The notes: a model not told the origin generated them from the sequence alone. Positions 37,053 through 50,434 are shown, numbered from the whole stretch's first letter. The stretch is 63,907 nucleotides of DNA, filler included, from Octopus bimaculoides (GCF_001194135.2; 6 parts of 6 records of this genome joined end to end with filler, not necessarily neighbours in it), one strand, 5' to 3'. Made by a program: numbers and translations.

Positions 37053-37152
37053 NNNNNNNNNNNNNNNNNNNNNNNNNNNNNNNNNNNNNNNNNNNNTTAA
37101 TTAATTAANNNNNNNNNNNNNNNNNNNNNNNNNNNNNNNNNNNNNNNNNNNN
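37053..37152. other. Artificial scaffold-join spacer
   Basis: 44N-TTAATTAATTAA-44N. Confidence 0.95.
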
Positions 37153-37562
37153 TATATATATACATATATATGTATGTATGTATGTATATATATATTGCGG
37201 TGGGAGAAACAAAAGTATAATTTCGTATATTGATTATATTACATACAGTAATAGTTTTTCACTTCTTACCTATCATATTGGGTGTCTAGCTACTTATATT
37301 GTAATTTGATTGTGGCGTCTTATATCTGGGGTCACATCCACACTCACACGCGCTTTCGCACATAAACGCCCACACACACACACATACATAAACCTTCACA
37401 CAAATATATGCCTGTCTGTGTATCTGTTTGTGTGCGCGCGCGTAAGAATTAAAAAGTTGATTGTAAACTTAGTGTGCATTGCATGTGAATATGGTGGCGT
37501 TTAACTAAATAATCTCTCACTCACACATGCACATAAATATATATGCATATACACGGATAAGA

Positions 37563-37602
<40 letters not shown>

Positions 37603-37720
37603 TATATTATATTAAATTTTACGCACGCGCACACATACAGTCTCTATTAAATTTCACGCACACACTCACACACATATACATATTAAACTTATATATATGT
37701 GTGTGTGTGAGTGTGTGCGC

Positions 37721-37771
<51 letters not shown>

Positions 37772-37776
<5 letters not shown>

Positions 37777-37858
37777 TTGTGGTGAAAGAGTACAGCAGTA
37801 TTCGCCACCACCCACCTGCCGGAGTTTTGGGGAGCTTTAGGTGTTTTCGCTCAATAAA
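37772..37858 (-). mobile_element. SINE family C internal fragment
   Basis: gagaaagttgtggtgaaagagtacagcag..ttcgccacc...gctttaggtgttttcgctcaataaa. Confidence 0.85.
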
Positions 37859-38209
37859 NNNNNNNNNNNNNNNNNNNNNNNNNNNNNNNNNNNNNNNNNN
37901 NNNNNNNNNNNNNNNNNNNNNNNNNNNNNNNNNNNNNNNNNNNNNNNNNNNNNNNNNNNNNNNNNNNNNNNNNNNNNNNNNNNNNNNNNNNNNNNNNNNN
38001 NNNNNNNNNNNNNNNNNNNNNNNNNNNNNNNNNNNNNNNNNNNNNNNNNNNNNNNNNNNNNNNNNNNNNNNNNNNNNNNNNNNNNNNNNNNNNNNNNNNN
38101 NNNNNNNNNNNNNNNNNNNNNNNNNNNNNNNNNNNNNNNNNNNNNNNNNNNNNNNNNNNNNNNNNNNNNNNNNNNNNNNNNNNNNNNNNNNNNNNNNNNN
38201 NNNNNNNNN

Positions 38210-38244
<35 letters not shown>

Positions 38245-38265
38245 ATATACCTTTTGTTTTTTTAT

Positions 38266-38408
38266 CTTCTACTTGTTTCAGTCATTAGACTGCGGGGCCA
38301 TGCTAGAACATCACCTTGGAGAATTCTTTTAGGTAAAGGAACCGACCCCATTTCTTATGGGGTTTTTAAAGCCTGCTATTTATTTTATCGTTATCTTTTG
38401 CCAAACTA
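38266..38408 (-). mobile_element. SINE family B 3' half, degenerate
   Basis: acttgtttcagtcattagactgcgg..ccatgct. Confidence 0.7.
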
Positions 38409-38864
38409 CTGTGTATATATATGTATATATATATATGTATGTATGCATGTATCTGCGTGTATGTATGTATTATGTATGTATGTATGTATGTATGTATGTA
38501 TGTGTGTGTGTATGTATGTATATGTATGTGTATATGTATGTGTATATGTATGTGTATATGTATGTATGTATTTATCTCGATTAGCGAGAAATATAGCTTG
38601 GAGATATTTATAAAAATTAATTATATAATAGGCTGTTTTTCAAAGATAATAACATAATTTCAATAATTAGAGCTATCAAAACTTATTCAGCTTTCCTTAT
38701 AACACATTTGGTAATGATATTCTATTTTATTGACAGAAGCAGACTGGACTAACTCACAAATTCTTGGTGTCTCTTGATTTATACCTGTATTTGGATTGAT
38801 ATAAGGTGACATCGTTCCTATAGCTTGTGAAGTTTTGTCAGAGTGTTCATAATAATTTATAGTG

Positions 38865-39070
38865 TAAACCAAACTTTATACATAAAATAGCACTGAGACA
38901 TGTCAATTTCTTTTCATTTTTGAACTTTGATTCAACATTATTCTTGCTACTAAAGATTCATTCAACTTCTGCACTGTAATAAGGAGTCGCCGATGTCAAA
39001 ATAGCACAGTCTGCAAAATATTTAAAGCAATCATACCCATAAACATTTTTATATTGAGAAGTCCAACTCG
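38865..39070 (-). mobile_element. hAT transposase C-terminal dimerisation-domain remnant
   Basis: WTSQYKNVYGYDCFKYFADCAILTSATPYYSAEVE*IFSSKNNVESKFKNEKKLTCLSAILCIKFGL (SNAxVERxFSxMN...KxRN-like). Confidence 0.68.
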
Positions 39071-39442
39071 TCAAAAGGTCAGTACCAATATTATTAGCCC
39101 TGCTCAATGAAAATGATATTCAGTAGCAGATACGGATTCTTTTGTTGCCCTTAAATATGCCATCAATTTGGGAACTTAGTTGTACTCTTCGAGTGATCGA
39201 AGAATATTTCTAATATAGAGAGAGAGATGTATAAGGAGAAAAAAAGAAAGAGAGAGAGAGAGGGAAAATATTTCTTAAAATTTTCAAATATTTATTTCGG
39301 TTGTTTAAATAAACATAAAATTTGATGAGCACATGAAATTTCCGATGAGCACATTTCTCCATTATTTTAAACCTCACCTGAATTCTTTAATTCTTCAAAT
39401 TTATTTGCAAGCCTGTAACTTAAATAGAGCTTAGGATCTATT

Positions 39443-39596
39443 TAGGATGGGCAACAATTTTTGAGAAGCGGGCCGCATATGACATAGCTCATCATCAGTT
39501 TGGCCGCACTACTAAAAAAAAAAAAAAAAAGAAATTCAAGGTAATTTTTCATTAGCGTGCCATTCAGAAAGTCTCTGGGCCGTAGTTTACCCTTGA
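39443..39596. mobile_element. Charlie-like hAT MITE, degenerate
   Basis: taggatgggcaac...gcgggccgcat...ggccgca...gggccgtagtttaccc. Confidence 0.5.
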
Positions 39597-40715
39597 CATC
39601 TAAAAATTCTTCATAAATAATAGGCACTACGTACGTATAAAAATCGCAGTTATTTAGAACTCAGCATTTGGATACCTAAACGCATTGGATCATCAAGGGA
39701 ACTCTTTATGGCTTTCAGTGAAAAGATTCTAATATCGTAGTTACTCTATCAACTTCAAAAGCTGATAGTTCAGTTAATGACCATATGATTTCTACCAGTT
39801 AAATCATCTAATGTTAAATCATCTAACAATTTATTTATTTACTTATTTATTTATTCATTTATCTAACAGTTTAACAGTTTAAACGTCTGTATTATTCATT
39901 TATTTATTTAACAGTTTAAGCGCCCTGTTATCTATTTATTTATTTAGCAGTCTAAACGTCCGTATAAATCTGGTAAAACATGGCAAACTTAAGAAGATAT
40001 ATAATAAACCTTATACAAAAGAACAAACTAGAAAATTAAAACACAAAAGCTAGAAGGAAAAGAGTGAAAGAGCTGATAACGAATAGTTAAATGTTTCTGA
40101 TATTAAATCTTTTGGGAGCCTCCATGAATCGGATGATCTTTTATAATGGTTGGTGGATCCATGGAAATAAATTGCACTTCAATTTTGGTAGGTTTTTACG
40201 ACCATTTTTTAAATGTTTATCTTCTCAGGCTTCGACTCAAATGTTAATTTGCACACTGTATTTCCTTAAGATGGAAGTGCATAAATAATATACAATCCAA
40301 GTTATTTTTCATCTAAATGCATTTCGTAAAGGATTTCAGCAGTATTTTTCAGTATTTCTCATAATTTTGAAATGGTTTATTGGAAACTTTAGGTTATTAT
40401 TCTTCCCAAAGCTGGTTCAATAGTCAACCATCAGGTTTTGCACTTCAAAGGAATTTTTAATGGGGATTCGCTATCGTCAATTGCCCTTTATAGTTCATAT
40501 ATATATATAAATGTGCGTGTGTGTGTGTACACATATATGATACTGCCTGTGTTAATGGGAAGTGAAAAAAACCAATTGTGAGTTTCTTATATAAAAAATT
40601 TCAAGCTGAGTGGAATACATCCTGCAGAAGCATGTGACGTAGCTAACTGAAGTGACATAAACATCTAATTAAAATAAACGAAAGAGTTTCAGCTTTAAGC
40701 TCTTGATATATATAT

Positions 40716-41010
40716 CATTATTAATTCCAACCATAGCTAGTATTATCTGTACCAATGCTACAAATTTCTTTTTATTTATATTACCTTCGTTAATTCAGAC
40801 TTTAGAGCTTTCGCAATACTATCAGTTACACATTTATTTAATTTCACCAAACTCAGATGTATAAAGATATGTCTAATATATATCAACTAAAATATATTAT
40901 AGCCATCCTGAACGCTTTCACAACAGCGATATCATTTGACTCCTTAAAGTATTAAATTAAACATTTCTATCTGTTATGTCACTAATCAAGACATCTTCCG
41001 AATGAACTCC
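40716..41010 (-). mobile_element. hAT transposase catalytic-region remnant
   Basis: IGTDN.S-MVGINN motif and SIAKALKSEL; same strand and expected order relative to 38865-39070. Confidence 0.55.
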
Positions 41011-41787
41011 GATTACGTATTTTTTAAAATTTTGAATACTCTCTTTGGTGCATTCTTAATATGGAAGTCGTTATTTTATCATCATTAATGCTCCTTTTTA
41101 CGTAAATCAACTAAATGACCGCTTTTCCATTATTGTGCAACGGCAGCTCATAAACAACGAAAAGCTTTTCTCAGGCCATGTAGTTTTGTTGCATTTAGCA
41201 TTAATGTATTGAAGTAATAGCACTGTATCAAAGGAATGACTCTGATATGATTTTATGTGCAATAAAATCGGTGCATTTTGCATTTAATTCGCGTTTACGA
41301 AACTTGCAATGTGTGAAGTCAATATCTCTTTCAGTTATTGCTAACCACTTTTCAAAGATTTATTCCTAAGCTATTCACTTCGAAATTTTTGTTTAAACTA
41401 CTTTTGTTTTGCCATTTTCGGGGTTACGAAAATTAGTAGTTTAAAGTATTTCAAGAAAAACTGCACTTCGTTCAACTTATTCGTCTTTTCCACCTCACCT
41501 AAAGCGAAACTGAATCGACTTCCTGTTACAAGGTGAAATTTAGAAAAATGAAAGCTTTAAGTAAAACTTTAAAAATTAAATGCTATTGCGATTTTTCTTT
41601 CTTTTTTCCTATAACTTTTCTGAAAACTGCAAAATATATTTAAAATGATCCATATTAAAAAAATCGATTAAGCATTTATGCTCTCCTGCTTCATTTTAAA
41701 ATAAATGAAAACGATATATTTAACGCGATATATTTTTAAAAAGTTTCAAATCATTTTCGTTTCACCCGCATCTCACACGATGAAAAC

Positions 41788-41836
<49 letters not shown>

Positions 41837-42796
41837 AAAACAACAAAACCATATATGCAAAATTTAATATGATATTGAAAATATAAAACATTATTGGTTA
41901 TATCGTGAGCGGGCAAAATGCTGAGCGACATGTCTTCCTGTTCTTTATGTTCAGAATCTCATATACCGCCAAGGTCAGCATTGCCTTTCATTATTCGGAT
42001 TCAATATAATAAAATACCAGTCATTGTAATTGTCTAAAACTCTCCCCTCTAATATAGATGACCTTGTGCCAAAAGTTAGAACAAAATATTATTTAGAAAG
42101 CTTTTATTATGAATTGACTCTTTCAAAAACTTTAAAGAACGACTGCTGATTTCTTACTCAAGTTGGTGTTACAAAGAGGAGCAGTGTGAATTTCCTGCAG
42201 TTTATTTTATTTTATTTTTTGGTGGTATGTGTGTGTGTGTGTGTGTTTGATAGTTTTCCTTTCATCTATTATAAAAAAGAATGTAGTAATTACAATTTTG
42301 TAATGTGCATGTCCTCGCAAAGGCTGTAAAATGAAGTGACATTCAAAGAGGAAACGTATTTTGAAAATTCCCAAGTAAGGTTTAGCCAAATATTTGATCC
42401 ATTTTACTTTCTGGTGGAAGGATGGAACCATTCAACAGTTTTTCAGAAATGAGTGTGTATTAGCAAAAGAGACAGCTGAATGAAATTTTACCATCGTGAA
42501 ACTGCCCCACAATGAATTCTATGAAATTAGCATACCGCATTGTGGAATCATTGTAGAATCATTGTTCACTTGATCATGAAACTAGTTTTACTGCCCCAGT
42601 GAGTAGCGCCACTATAACCCCCGTGAAGAATATATGACAGAACTCGAAATGGAACAAGTGTAGCCGGTACCATATTATCCGACTTTTGGGCATCTGAGAG
42701 TTAACGGACACGCTAAGGATCCTCTATTTTCAATTATTGCTTTTTAAGAATATATATACACTGCCAACTCCAGCTCCTTTCCGAGAATTGGGTCTG

Positions 42797-43310
42797 TCAG
42801 TTTCTATCCAGTCTTCTCGGCTGATGTTTGTGCCGAATGTGACTTTGGAGTCCAAGTCGATAGTGAAAGAGTCGTGGACAGAATTCGCACAAGATGGTCG
42901 GTGCGGGTCGAGGATGTTGAAAACGCTCCTTTCTTCTGCGTTTTACCTCCTCATTCTGCTGTCTGTTCTGCTCGAAAGAACTGGCTACATTGCGGATAGC
43001 AGTCCTCCAGGCTGTCCTATCCACGGCAATCTGTTCCCATGAGGATGGCTGGATGTTAGTTTGAGCAAGGATTCGTTTGAGCTGGTCTTTAAAACGGAAC
43101 CTTGGACCTCCTCTGGGTCTTGTTCCGATTGCAAGTTCTCCGTAGAGAATGATTTCGGGAGACGAGAGTGTTCCATACGCTGGATGTGACGTGCTCAGCA
43201 GAGACGATGGCGAAAAATGGTGGCTTCAATGCTTGGCAGTGAGGTGCGACGAAGAACCTCATTGTTGGTTATGTGATCTTCCCATCTTATATTGAGGATC
43301 TGTTGTAGCT
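42797..43310 (-). mobile_element. RTE-clade LINE 3' fragment
   Basis: ILNIRWEDHITNNEVLRR..LPSIEA...RM...RLPK.ILYGEL..G.RPRGGPR.RFKDQLK...WEQIAVDRTAWR...CEFCPRLF..RLGLQSHIRH. Confidence 0.87.
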
Positions 43311-43408
43311 TGGATTACTGGAAGAATTTACAGAAAAACAAAGCACGAAGACAGGTGTATAAACAACAAGCAAGTGTATTAGTCTGATGCTCGAGGAGGT
43401 GAGAAAGT

Positions 43409-43444
43409 CTTTTACGTTTCGAGCCTACGCTCTTCATCAGAAAG
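43409..43444 (-). ncRNA. Minimal type I hammerhead ribozyme motif with intact core
   Basis: Minus strand: cttt-CTGATGA-a-gagc(gtag)gctc-GAAAC-GTA-aaag: stem I 4 bp, stem II 4 bp, GUA cleavage triplet, loopless ACGT helix III. Confidence 0.75.
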
Positions 43445-43503
43445 GAACACGAGGAAATAAACAGAGAGAAAAAAAAACTTGTGGATTTAGAAGGCCAATC
43501 ATG

Positions 43504-43538
<35 letters not shown>

Positions 43539-44461
43539 NNNNNNNNNNNNNNNNNNNNNNNNNNNNNNNNNNNNNNNNNNNNNNNNNNNNNNNNNNNNNN
43601 NNNNNNNNNNNNNNNNNNNNNNNNNNNNNNNNNNNNNNNNNNNNNNNNNNNNNNNNNNNNNNNNNNNNNNNNNNNNNNNNNNNNNNNNNNNNNNNNNNNN
43701 NNNNNNNNNNNNNNNNNNNNNNNNNNNNNNNNNNNNNNNNNNNNNNNNNNNNNNNNNNNNNNNNNNNNNNNNNNNNNNNNNNNNNNNNNNNNNNNNNNNN
43801 NNNNNNNNNNNNNNNNNNNNNNNNNNNNNNNNNNNNNNNNNNNNNNNNNNNNNNNNNNNNNNNNNNNNNNNNNNNNNNNNNNNNNNNNNNNNNNNNNNNN
43901 NNNNNNNNNNNNNNNNNNNNNNNNNNNNNNNNNNNNNNNNNNNNNNNNNNNNNNNNNNNNNNNNNNNNNNNNNNNNNNNNNNNNNNNNNNNNNNNNNNNN
44001 NNNNNNNNNNNNNNNNNNNNNNNNNNNNNNNNNNNNNNNNNNNNNNNNNNNNNNNNNNNNNNNNNNNNNNNNNNNNNNNNNNNNNNNNNNNNNNNNNNNN
44101 NNNNNNNNNNNNNNNNNNNNNNNNNNNNNNNNNNNNNNNNNNNNNNNNNNNNNNNNNNNNNNNNNNNNNNNNNNNNNNNNNNNNNNNNNNNNNNNNNNNN
44201 NNNNNNNNNNNNNNNGTTGGCGGCTGTTTGCTATGATGCTCTAAAAGGCGCTAGATCTAGCAAATTGCCAATTTAGACGTGTGTGTGTGTGTGTGTGTCA
44301 TATCATTTAATGTACACAACTTACAAAAGCTACTAATAGTCACGAGCTTTAAGATACATCAAATTGGCAGATTTTTATAACATGTAATGTATCTCCAAGC
44401 AGTCTTTTAGGCTTCGCACATGTGTGTGCGTGCGTGTGCGTGCGTGTGCGTGTGCATGTGC

Positions 44462-44498
<37 letters not shown>

Positions 44499-44637
44499 TG
44501 TGTGTGCGTGCGTGTATGTGTGCATTGTGTTCTCTTTTCATTTATTTGATGTCTTCCTTTAAGGAAGGAGGTGGTTTCTGACAAAGATACAAAACTCCAT
44601 CGTTGAAATGTATACAACAATAACACTGTCACATGCT

Positions 44638-45345
44638 GGACTTTAGAAAGGTCTTGCACAATTTTACTATACCGCCTACAGATTGTATCTGTAATTTTGT
44701 GTTTGATTTTCTTATTGATTTTTTTTTCTGGAAACCCTTGTTTTTTTTTTCCAGATTGTCACTCAGAAATCTACTCACAAAACCAAATGCACCAATTATC
44801 ACTGGCATAGAAGCTAAAGCTAAACATTTCGAAGTAGTTATCCATGGTTAACCTCTTTTCACTTTTGGAAGACATTCACGTCAGTAGAGTAGCTGACCTC
44901 TACAACAGAACACGCATTTTCTTGTCTGTCCGAAACCACTATATCTAGCCTGTATGTTTGTATGTTTGCAGTTAGTAGAAATTTGGGTGGAAATGTTATA
45001 CCAATAGTTCTTGTGTTGAAGTTTTTGTATGTATTCAATTACAATCTATTTTTCAGATGACAACGTATATTGTTTTAGCAACAACGTCATGCTGCACTGG
45101 AAGAGAGTAGCTTGATGGCATTTTTAGGTAACTATTGATCACATGTTTGATGTATTCCACAGAACTGTGACATAATCGATATATTCGGATTCATTTTGGG
45201 CTCCACTGTTTCTCTTCTCCATTAAGTATTTTGTCACAATCTCTTGCTCTTGGATTGCAAACGCATAACCTTTCAAGTATGATGTGAAATAGGGGTTACG
45301 AGTCCAAGAAAAACTGCGTGTCGATATTAGTATCATCTTCAAGTC
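44638..45345 (-). mobile_element. Second RLE-type (R4-like) LINE family, decayed 3' fragment
   Basis: SFSWTRNPYFTSYLKGYAFAIQEQEIVTKY; RLCHSSVEYIKHVINS; QHDVVAKTIY; RLDIVVSDR...VVEVSY; PVIIGAFG; KLQIQSVGGIVKLCKTFLK. Confidence 0.8.
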
Positions 45346-45371
45346 TTTCAGAAACAGTCATGCATAATTGA

Positions 45372-45769
45372 CTCTTTTACTTGTTTCAGTCATTTAACTG
45401 CGGCCATGCTGGAGCACCGCCTTTAGTCGAGAAAATCGACCCCAGGTCTTATTCATTGTAAGCCTAGTACTTATTCAATCGGTCTCTTTTTGCCGAACCG
45501 CTAAGTTACGGGGACGTAAACACACCAGCATCGGTTGTCAAGTGATGATGGCAGGACAAACACAGACACACAAACACACATACATGTATATATATACACA
45601 TATATACGACGGGTTTCTTTCAGTTTCCGTCTACCAAATCCACTCACAAGGTTTTGGTCGGCCCGAGGCTATAGTAGAAGACACTTGCCTAAGGTGCCAC
45701 GCAATGGGACTGAACCCATGACCATGTGGTTGGTAAACAAGCTACTTGCCACACAGCCACTCCTGCGCC
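45372..45769 (-). mobile_element. SINE family B, full length
   Basis: Colinear with the other B copies. Confidence 0.92.
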
Positions 45770-46091
45770 ATTTGTTCATTTTTTTTTTTTTTGGAATGCT
45801 GAGCGTTTCAACTCAAGGTGTATGTATGATGTACGTATGTATAACACGGGAAGTCAAAAGTAAACTTGAGAATGCAAACAAATTAGGATATCCACTAAGG
45901 TGCTAGCCTAACTTGTGACTGGTATATATTGTAGCTAAGCTGTGTTTTTGATTGGGGAAGGAAACCGGGTACTTCTTCTCTGATGAGTGGTGAACTAACT
46001 GTGAAATAGTCCTCCGTCTTTTTTCTGCATATAGACAGAATGAGTTTACATCTATGATTTACCCACAATGAAGTTTTGTAATATATCTGTG

Positions 46092-46158
<67 letters not shown>

Positions 46159-46650
46159 NNNNNNNNNNNNNNNNNNNNNNNNNNNNNNNNNNNNNNNNNN
46201 NNNNNNNNNNNNNNNNNNNNNNNNNNNNNNNNNNNNNNNNNNNNNNNNNNNNNNNNNNNNNNNNNNNNNNNNNNNNNNNNNNNNNNNNNNNNNNNNNNNN
46301 NNNNNNNNNNNNNNNNNNNNNNNNNNNNNNNNNNNNNNNNNNNNNNNNNNNNNNNNNNNNNNNNNNNNNNNNNNNNNNNNNNNNNNNNNNNNNNNNNNNN
46401 NNNNNNNNNNNNNNNNNNNNNNNNNNNNNNNNNNNNNNNNNNNNNNNNNNNNNNNNNNNNNNNNNNNNNNNNNNNNNNNNNNNNNNNNNNNNNNNNNNNN
46501 NNNNNNNNNNNNNNNNNNNNNNNNNNNNNNNNNNNNNNNNNNNNNNNNNNNNNNNNNNNNNNNNNNNNNNNNNNNNNNNNNNNNNNNNNNNNNNNNNNNN
46601 NNNNNNNNNNNNNNNNNNNNNNNNNNNNNNNNNNNNNNNAAATATGTATA

Positions 46651-46930
46651 CAAGGATCGGTTGAAAATTTCATAACCTGACCAAAGTGTGAGAGAAGATG
46701 TTTGCGTAAGGTGACGTGTAGTGGGAAAAAGAACTGAAACATGATTGCGAGGTAAACTTCTTAACTACACAACCATTAAATATAGACTGATTATGGGTGT
46801 CTTGTGTGTATAAAAATCTAGCGCATTTGAACATTTATTATTTTTCCTACACACACACACACACACATGTATGCATGTATGTATATATACGAGAGGGTGC
46901 TGAAAACCTCCTGGCTTTGGGTAAAAGAAA
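46651..46930 (+). mobile_element. Two mariner-like terminal fragments (at 46651 and 46890)
   Basis: ta|caaggatcggttgaaaattt and ta|cgagagggtgctgaaaacctcctggct resemble mariner TIRs; no partner ends found. Confidence 0.35.
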
Positions 46931-46935
46931 ATATG

Positions 46936-47230
46936 TTGTTGTTGGCACTCCGTCGCTTACGACGTCGAGGGTTCAAGTTGATCCGATCAACAGAACAGCC
47001 TGCTCGTGAAATTAATGTGCAAGTGGCTGAGCACTCCACAGACACGTGTACCCTTAACGTAGTTCTCGTGGATAATCAGCGTGACACAGTGTGACAAGGC
47101 TGACCCTTTGAATTACAGGCACAACAGAAACAGGAAGCAAGAATGAGAGAAAGGTATGGTGAAAGAGTACAGCAGGGTTCGCCACCATGCCCTGCCGGAG
47201 CCTGGTGGAGCTTTAGGTGTTTTCGCTCAA
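46936..47230 (-). mobile_element. SINE family C (head lost in gap)
   Basis: Homologous to 9881-10122 and 52072-52432. Confidence 0.9.
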
Positions 47231-47727
47231 NNNNNNNNNNNNNNNNNNNNNNNNNNNNNNNNNNNNNNNNNNNNNNNNNNNNNNNNNNNNNNNNNNNNNN
47301 NNNNNNNNNNNNNNNNNNNNNNNNNNNNNNNNNNNNNNNNNNNNNNNNNNNNNNNNNNNNNNNNNNNNNNNNNNNNNNNNNNNNNNNNNNNNNNNNNNNN
47401 NNNNNNNNNNNNNNNNNNNNNNNNNNNNNNNNNNNNNNNNNNNNNNNNNNNNNNNNNNNNNNNNNNNNNNNNNNNNNNNNNNNNNNNNNNNNNNNNNNNN
47501 NNNNNNNNNNNNNNNNNNNNNNNNNNNNNNNNNNNNNNNNNNNNNNNNNNNNNNNNNNNNNNNNNNNNNNNNNNNNNNNNNNNNNNNNNNNNNNNNNNNN
47601 NNNNNNNNNNNNNNNNNNNNNNNNNNNNNNNNNNNNNNNNNNNNNNNNNNNNNNNNNNNNNNNNNNNNNNNNNNNNNNNNNNNNNNNNNNNNNNNNNNNN
47701 NNNNNNNNNNNNNNNNNNNNNNNNNNN

Positions 47728-48133
47728 TTTACTTGTTTCAGTCATTTGACTGCGGCCATGCTGGAGCACCGCCCTTTTAGTCGAGCAAATCAACCCCAGG
47801 ACTTATTCTTTGGAAGCCTAGTACTTATTCTATCGGTCTCTTATGCCGAACCGCTAAGTTACCGGGACGTAAACACACCACCATCGGTTGTCAAGCGATG
47901 TTGGGGGGACAAACACAGACACACAAACATATACACACACACACATACATATACATATATACATATATACGACGAGCTTCTTTCAGTTTCCGTCTACCAA
48001 ATCCACTCACAATGCTTTGGTCGGCCCGAGGCTATAGTAGAAGACACTTGCCCAAATTCCCACGCAGTGGGAATGAACCCGGAACCATGCGGTTGGTAAG
48101 CAAGCTGCTTACCACACACCCACTCCTGCGCCT
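47728..48133 (-). mobile_element. SINE family B, full length
   Basis: Colinear with the other B copies. Confidence 0.92.
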
Positions 48134-48222
48134 ATAAATAGTTTCTCATATTTTTTTTCTTTTGACTCTTTGTTCAAAAGAAATAACTGGCTGTTCTTTT
48201 TAAGAGAATATATGTATGTATA

Positions 48223-48258
<36 letters not shown>

Positions 48259-49484
48259 ACCAATGTATTATAACTTTTAAATCTAAAATTCACTGTGTTT
48301 TATGTATCACATCGATATTTATCTACTTATATGTATTTTTATATTTATATATTTGGAAATTTTATATCCGTTTTATAAATGTAGAAGAATATATGTATAT
48401 ATTTGATTTTGAGTGTGGTTATTAGTTACGTTACTCTCGTTTCCGCTTGCATTGCCTCCAATGAGATTATTAAGCCGTGTGTATATANNNNNNNNNNNNN
48501 NNNNNNNNNNNNNNNNNNNNNNNNNNNNNNNNNNNNNNNNNNNNNNNNNNNNNNNNNNNNNNNNNNNNNNNNNNNNNNNNNNNNNNNNNNNNNNNNNNNN
48601 NNNNNNNNNNNNNNNNNNNNNNNNNNNNNNNNNNNNNATATATATATATATATAAATATATACCTTTTCTCAATAAATTTCTTGCGATTCGAACTTCTGA
48701 TATCCTATGAAAAGATAATCCATATTGAAAGACACTGAAGAAATAAGAATAAGTTTATGATGCAGGTATAGTGTTATGTAACTCCTCCATATAGTTTCCA
48801 CTTCAACGAAGTGGAAATGAATAGATCAGTCCCGGTATTTAATTTCCGGGGTTGTTACCTTCCTCTTGAAATAATGAAAAAAAATACTTCCCGGATCCAG
48901 GACGGTTTAAAAAACCATTTAGGTTTACAATGGAAAAATGCAATAAAACCGCAGGTTAAAAAAAAAAATCAATATCTTTTCTTCGGTGAGGTGCTTTATA
49001 CCTGGAAGAAGTGATCTCTTGACAGTTGATCAATTTAATTCAAAGAATCAAGATTCAGGCATCAATTATGTGGCTTCACTTGTTATTTCTCACCTAGGGA
49101 ATAGCAATCTCTGCATTATTTCTACATCACTGCAACGTTATCAACACTAATCATTATTTATTCTCCAGTGAAAACGAATCTTTGAGCAAACAGCTTCAAC
49201 GATAGTAGTGGTGGGAATGGGTGGTTGAAGTACAAGTGGCGACGTCGATGGTGGTGTGGTCAGCACGCAACAACACTACCAACAGGAATGACTACTCCAC
49301 CAAGAAACCAACGACGGAAATTCTGATGTGGTCGCTCGACCTGCTACAATTAGCAGTCATTTCTTCATGGTCGTTATTTCGAAACCTTTGATCGTAGATC
49401 TTTTCGATTAAGGCTACACAGAGGTTAAACAATAGCAACAACTACATCAATATTTTTAAATAGTTATCTTATTTTTTCAATGAA

Positions 49485-49526
<42 letters not shown>

Positions 49527-49852
49527 TGTGTGTGTGTGTGTGTGTATGTGTGTGCGTGTGCGCGCGTGTTTTATGTGTGTGTGTACATGCGTATATATGT
49601 GTGTGTGTGTCTGTCTGTGAGTCTATTTGTCTGTGACTATATATACAGATGTATATAATAAACGTGGGTGTGTATAAATATGGCTAACGTTATAAGGATT
49701 TATAAACTTTCGAGAGAACGAGAAATAATATTTTTCAGAAACATAGCGACTTTTTCCTATCCTAAAGCATCTTTTCAACCCAATATTTACATGCTATTAT
49801 CTATAGCTTTATGTGCTTCGAGATCCACTTTTCAAAAAAAAAGTATATAAAT

Positions 49853-50017
49853 AGGTGGAGGCGTGGCTGTGTGATAAGAAGCTTGCTTCCTAACCACATG
49901 GTTCTGGGTTCAATCCAACTACGTGGCACCTTGGGAAAGTGTCTTCTACTATAGCCTCCTGCCGACCAAATCCTTGTGAGTAGATTTGGTAGACGGAAAC
50001 TGAAAGAAGCCCGTCGC

Positions 50018-50048
<31 letters not shown>

Positions 50049-50385
50049 NNNNNNNNNNNNNNNNNNNNNNNNNNNNNNNNNNNNNNNNNNNNNNNNNNNN
50101 NNNNNNNNNNNNNNNNNNNNNNNNNNNNNNNNNNNNNNNNNNNNNNNNNNNNNNNNNNNNNNNNNNNNNNNNNNNATATATATATGTTTGTGTGTCTGTG
50201 TTTGTCCCGCCACCATCGCTTGACAACCGATGTTGTTGTGGTTCCATCCCCGTAAACTAGCGGTTCGGCAAAAGAGACTGATAGAATACTAGGCTTACAA
50301 AGAATAAGTCCAGGGGTCGATTTGTTCTACTAAAAGCGGTGCTCCAGCATGACCGCAATCAAATGACTGAAACAAGTAAAAGAAT
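49853..50385 (+). mobile_element. SINE family B, full length with an N-gap in the internal microsatellite
   Basis: ggcgtggctgtgtgataag...gggttcaatcc...ccttgggaaagtgtc...aaatgactgaaacaagtaaaag. Confidence 0.9.
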
Positions 50386-50434
50386 AAAGGAATAAAAGAA
50401 TATATGCACGTATATGCGTGTGTGAATGCGTTTA

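Noticed and set aside
45975-46012. CTGATGA...GAAA..GTC hammerhead-like string
   Set aside because: No convincing stem II adjacent to GAAA and no stem I complementarity; at best a decayed motif.
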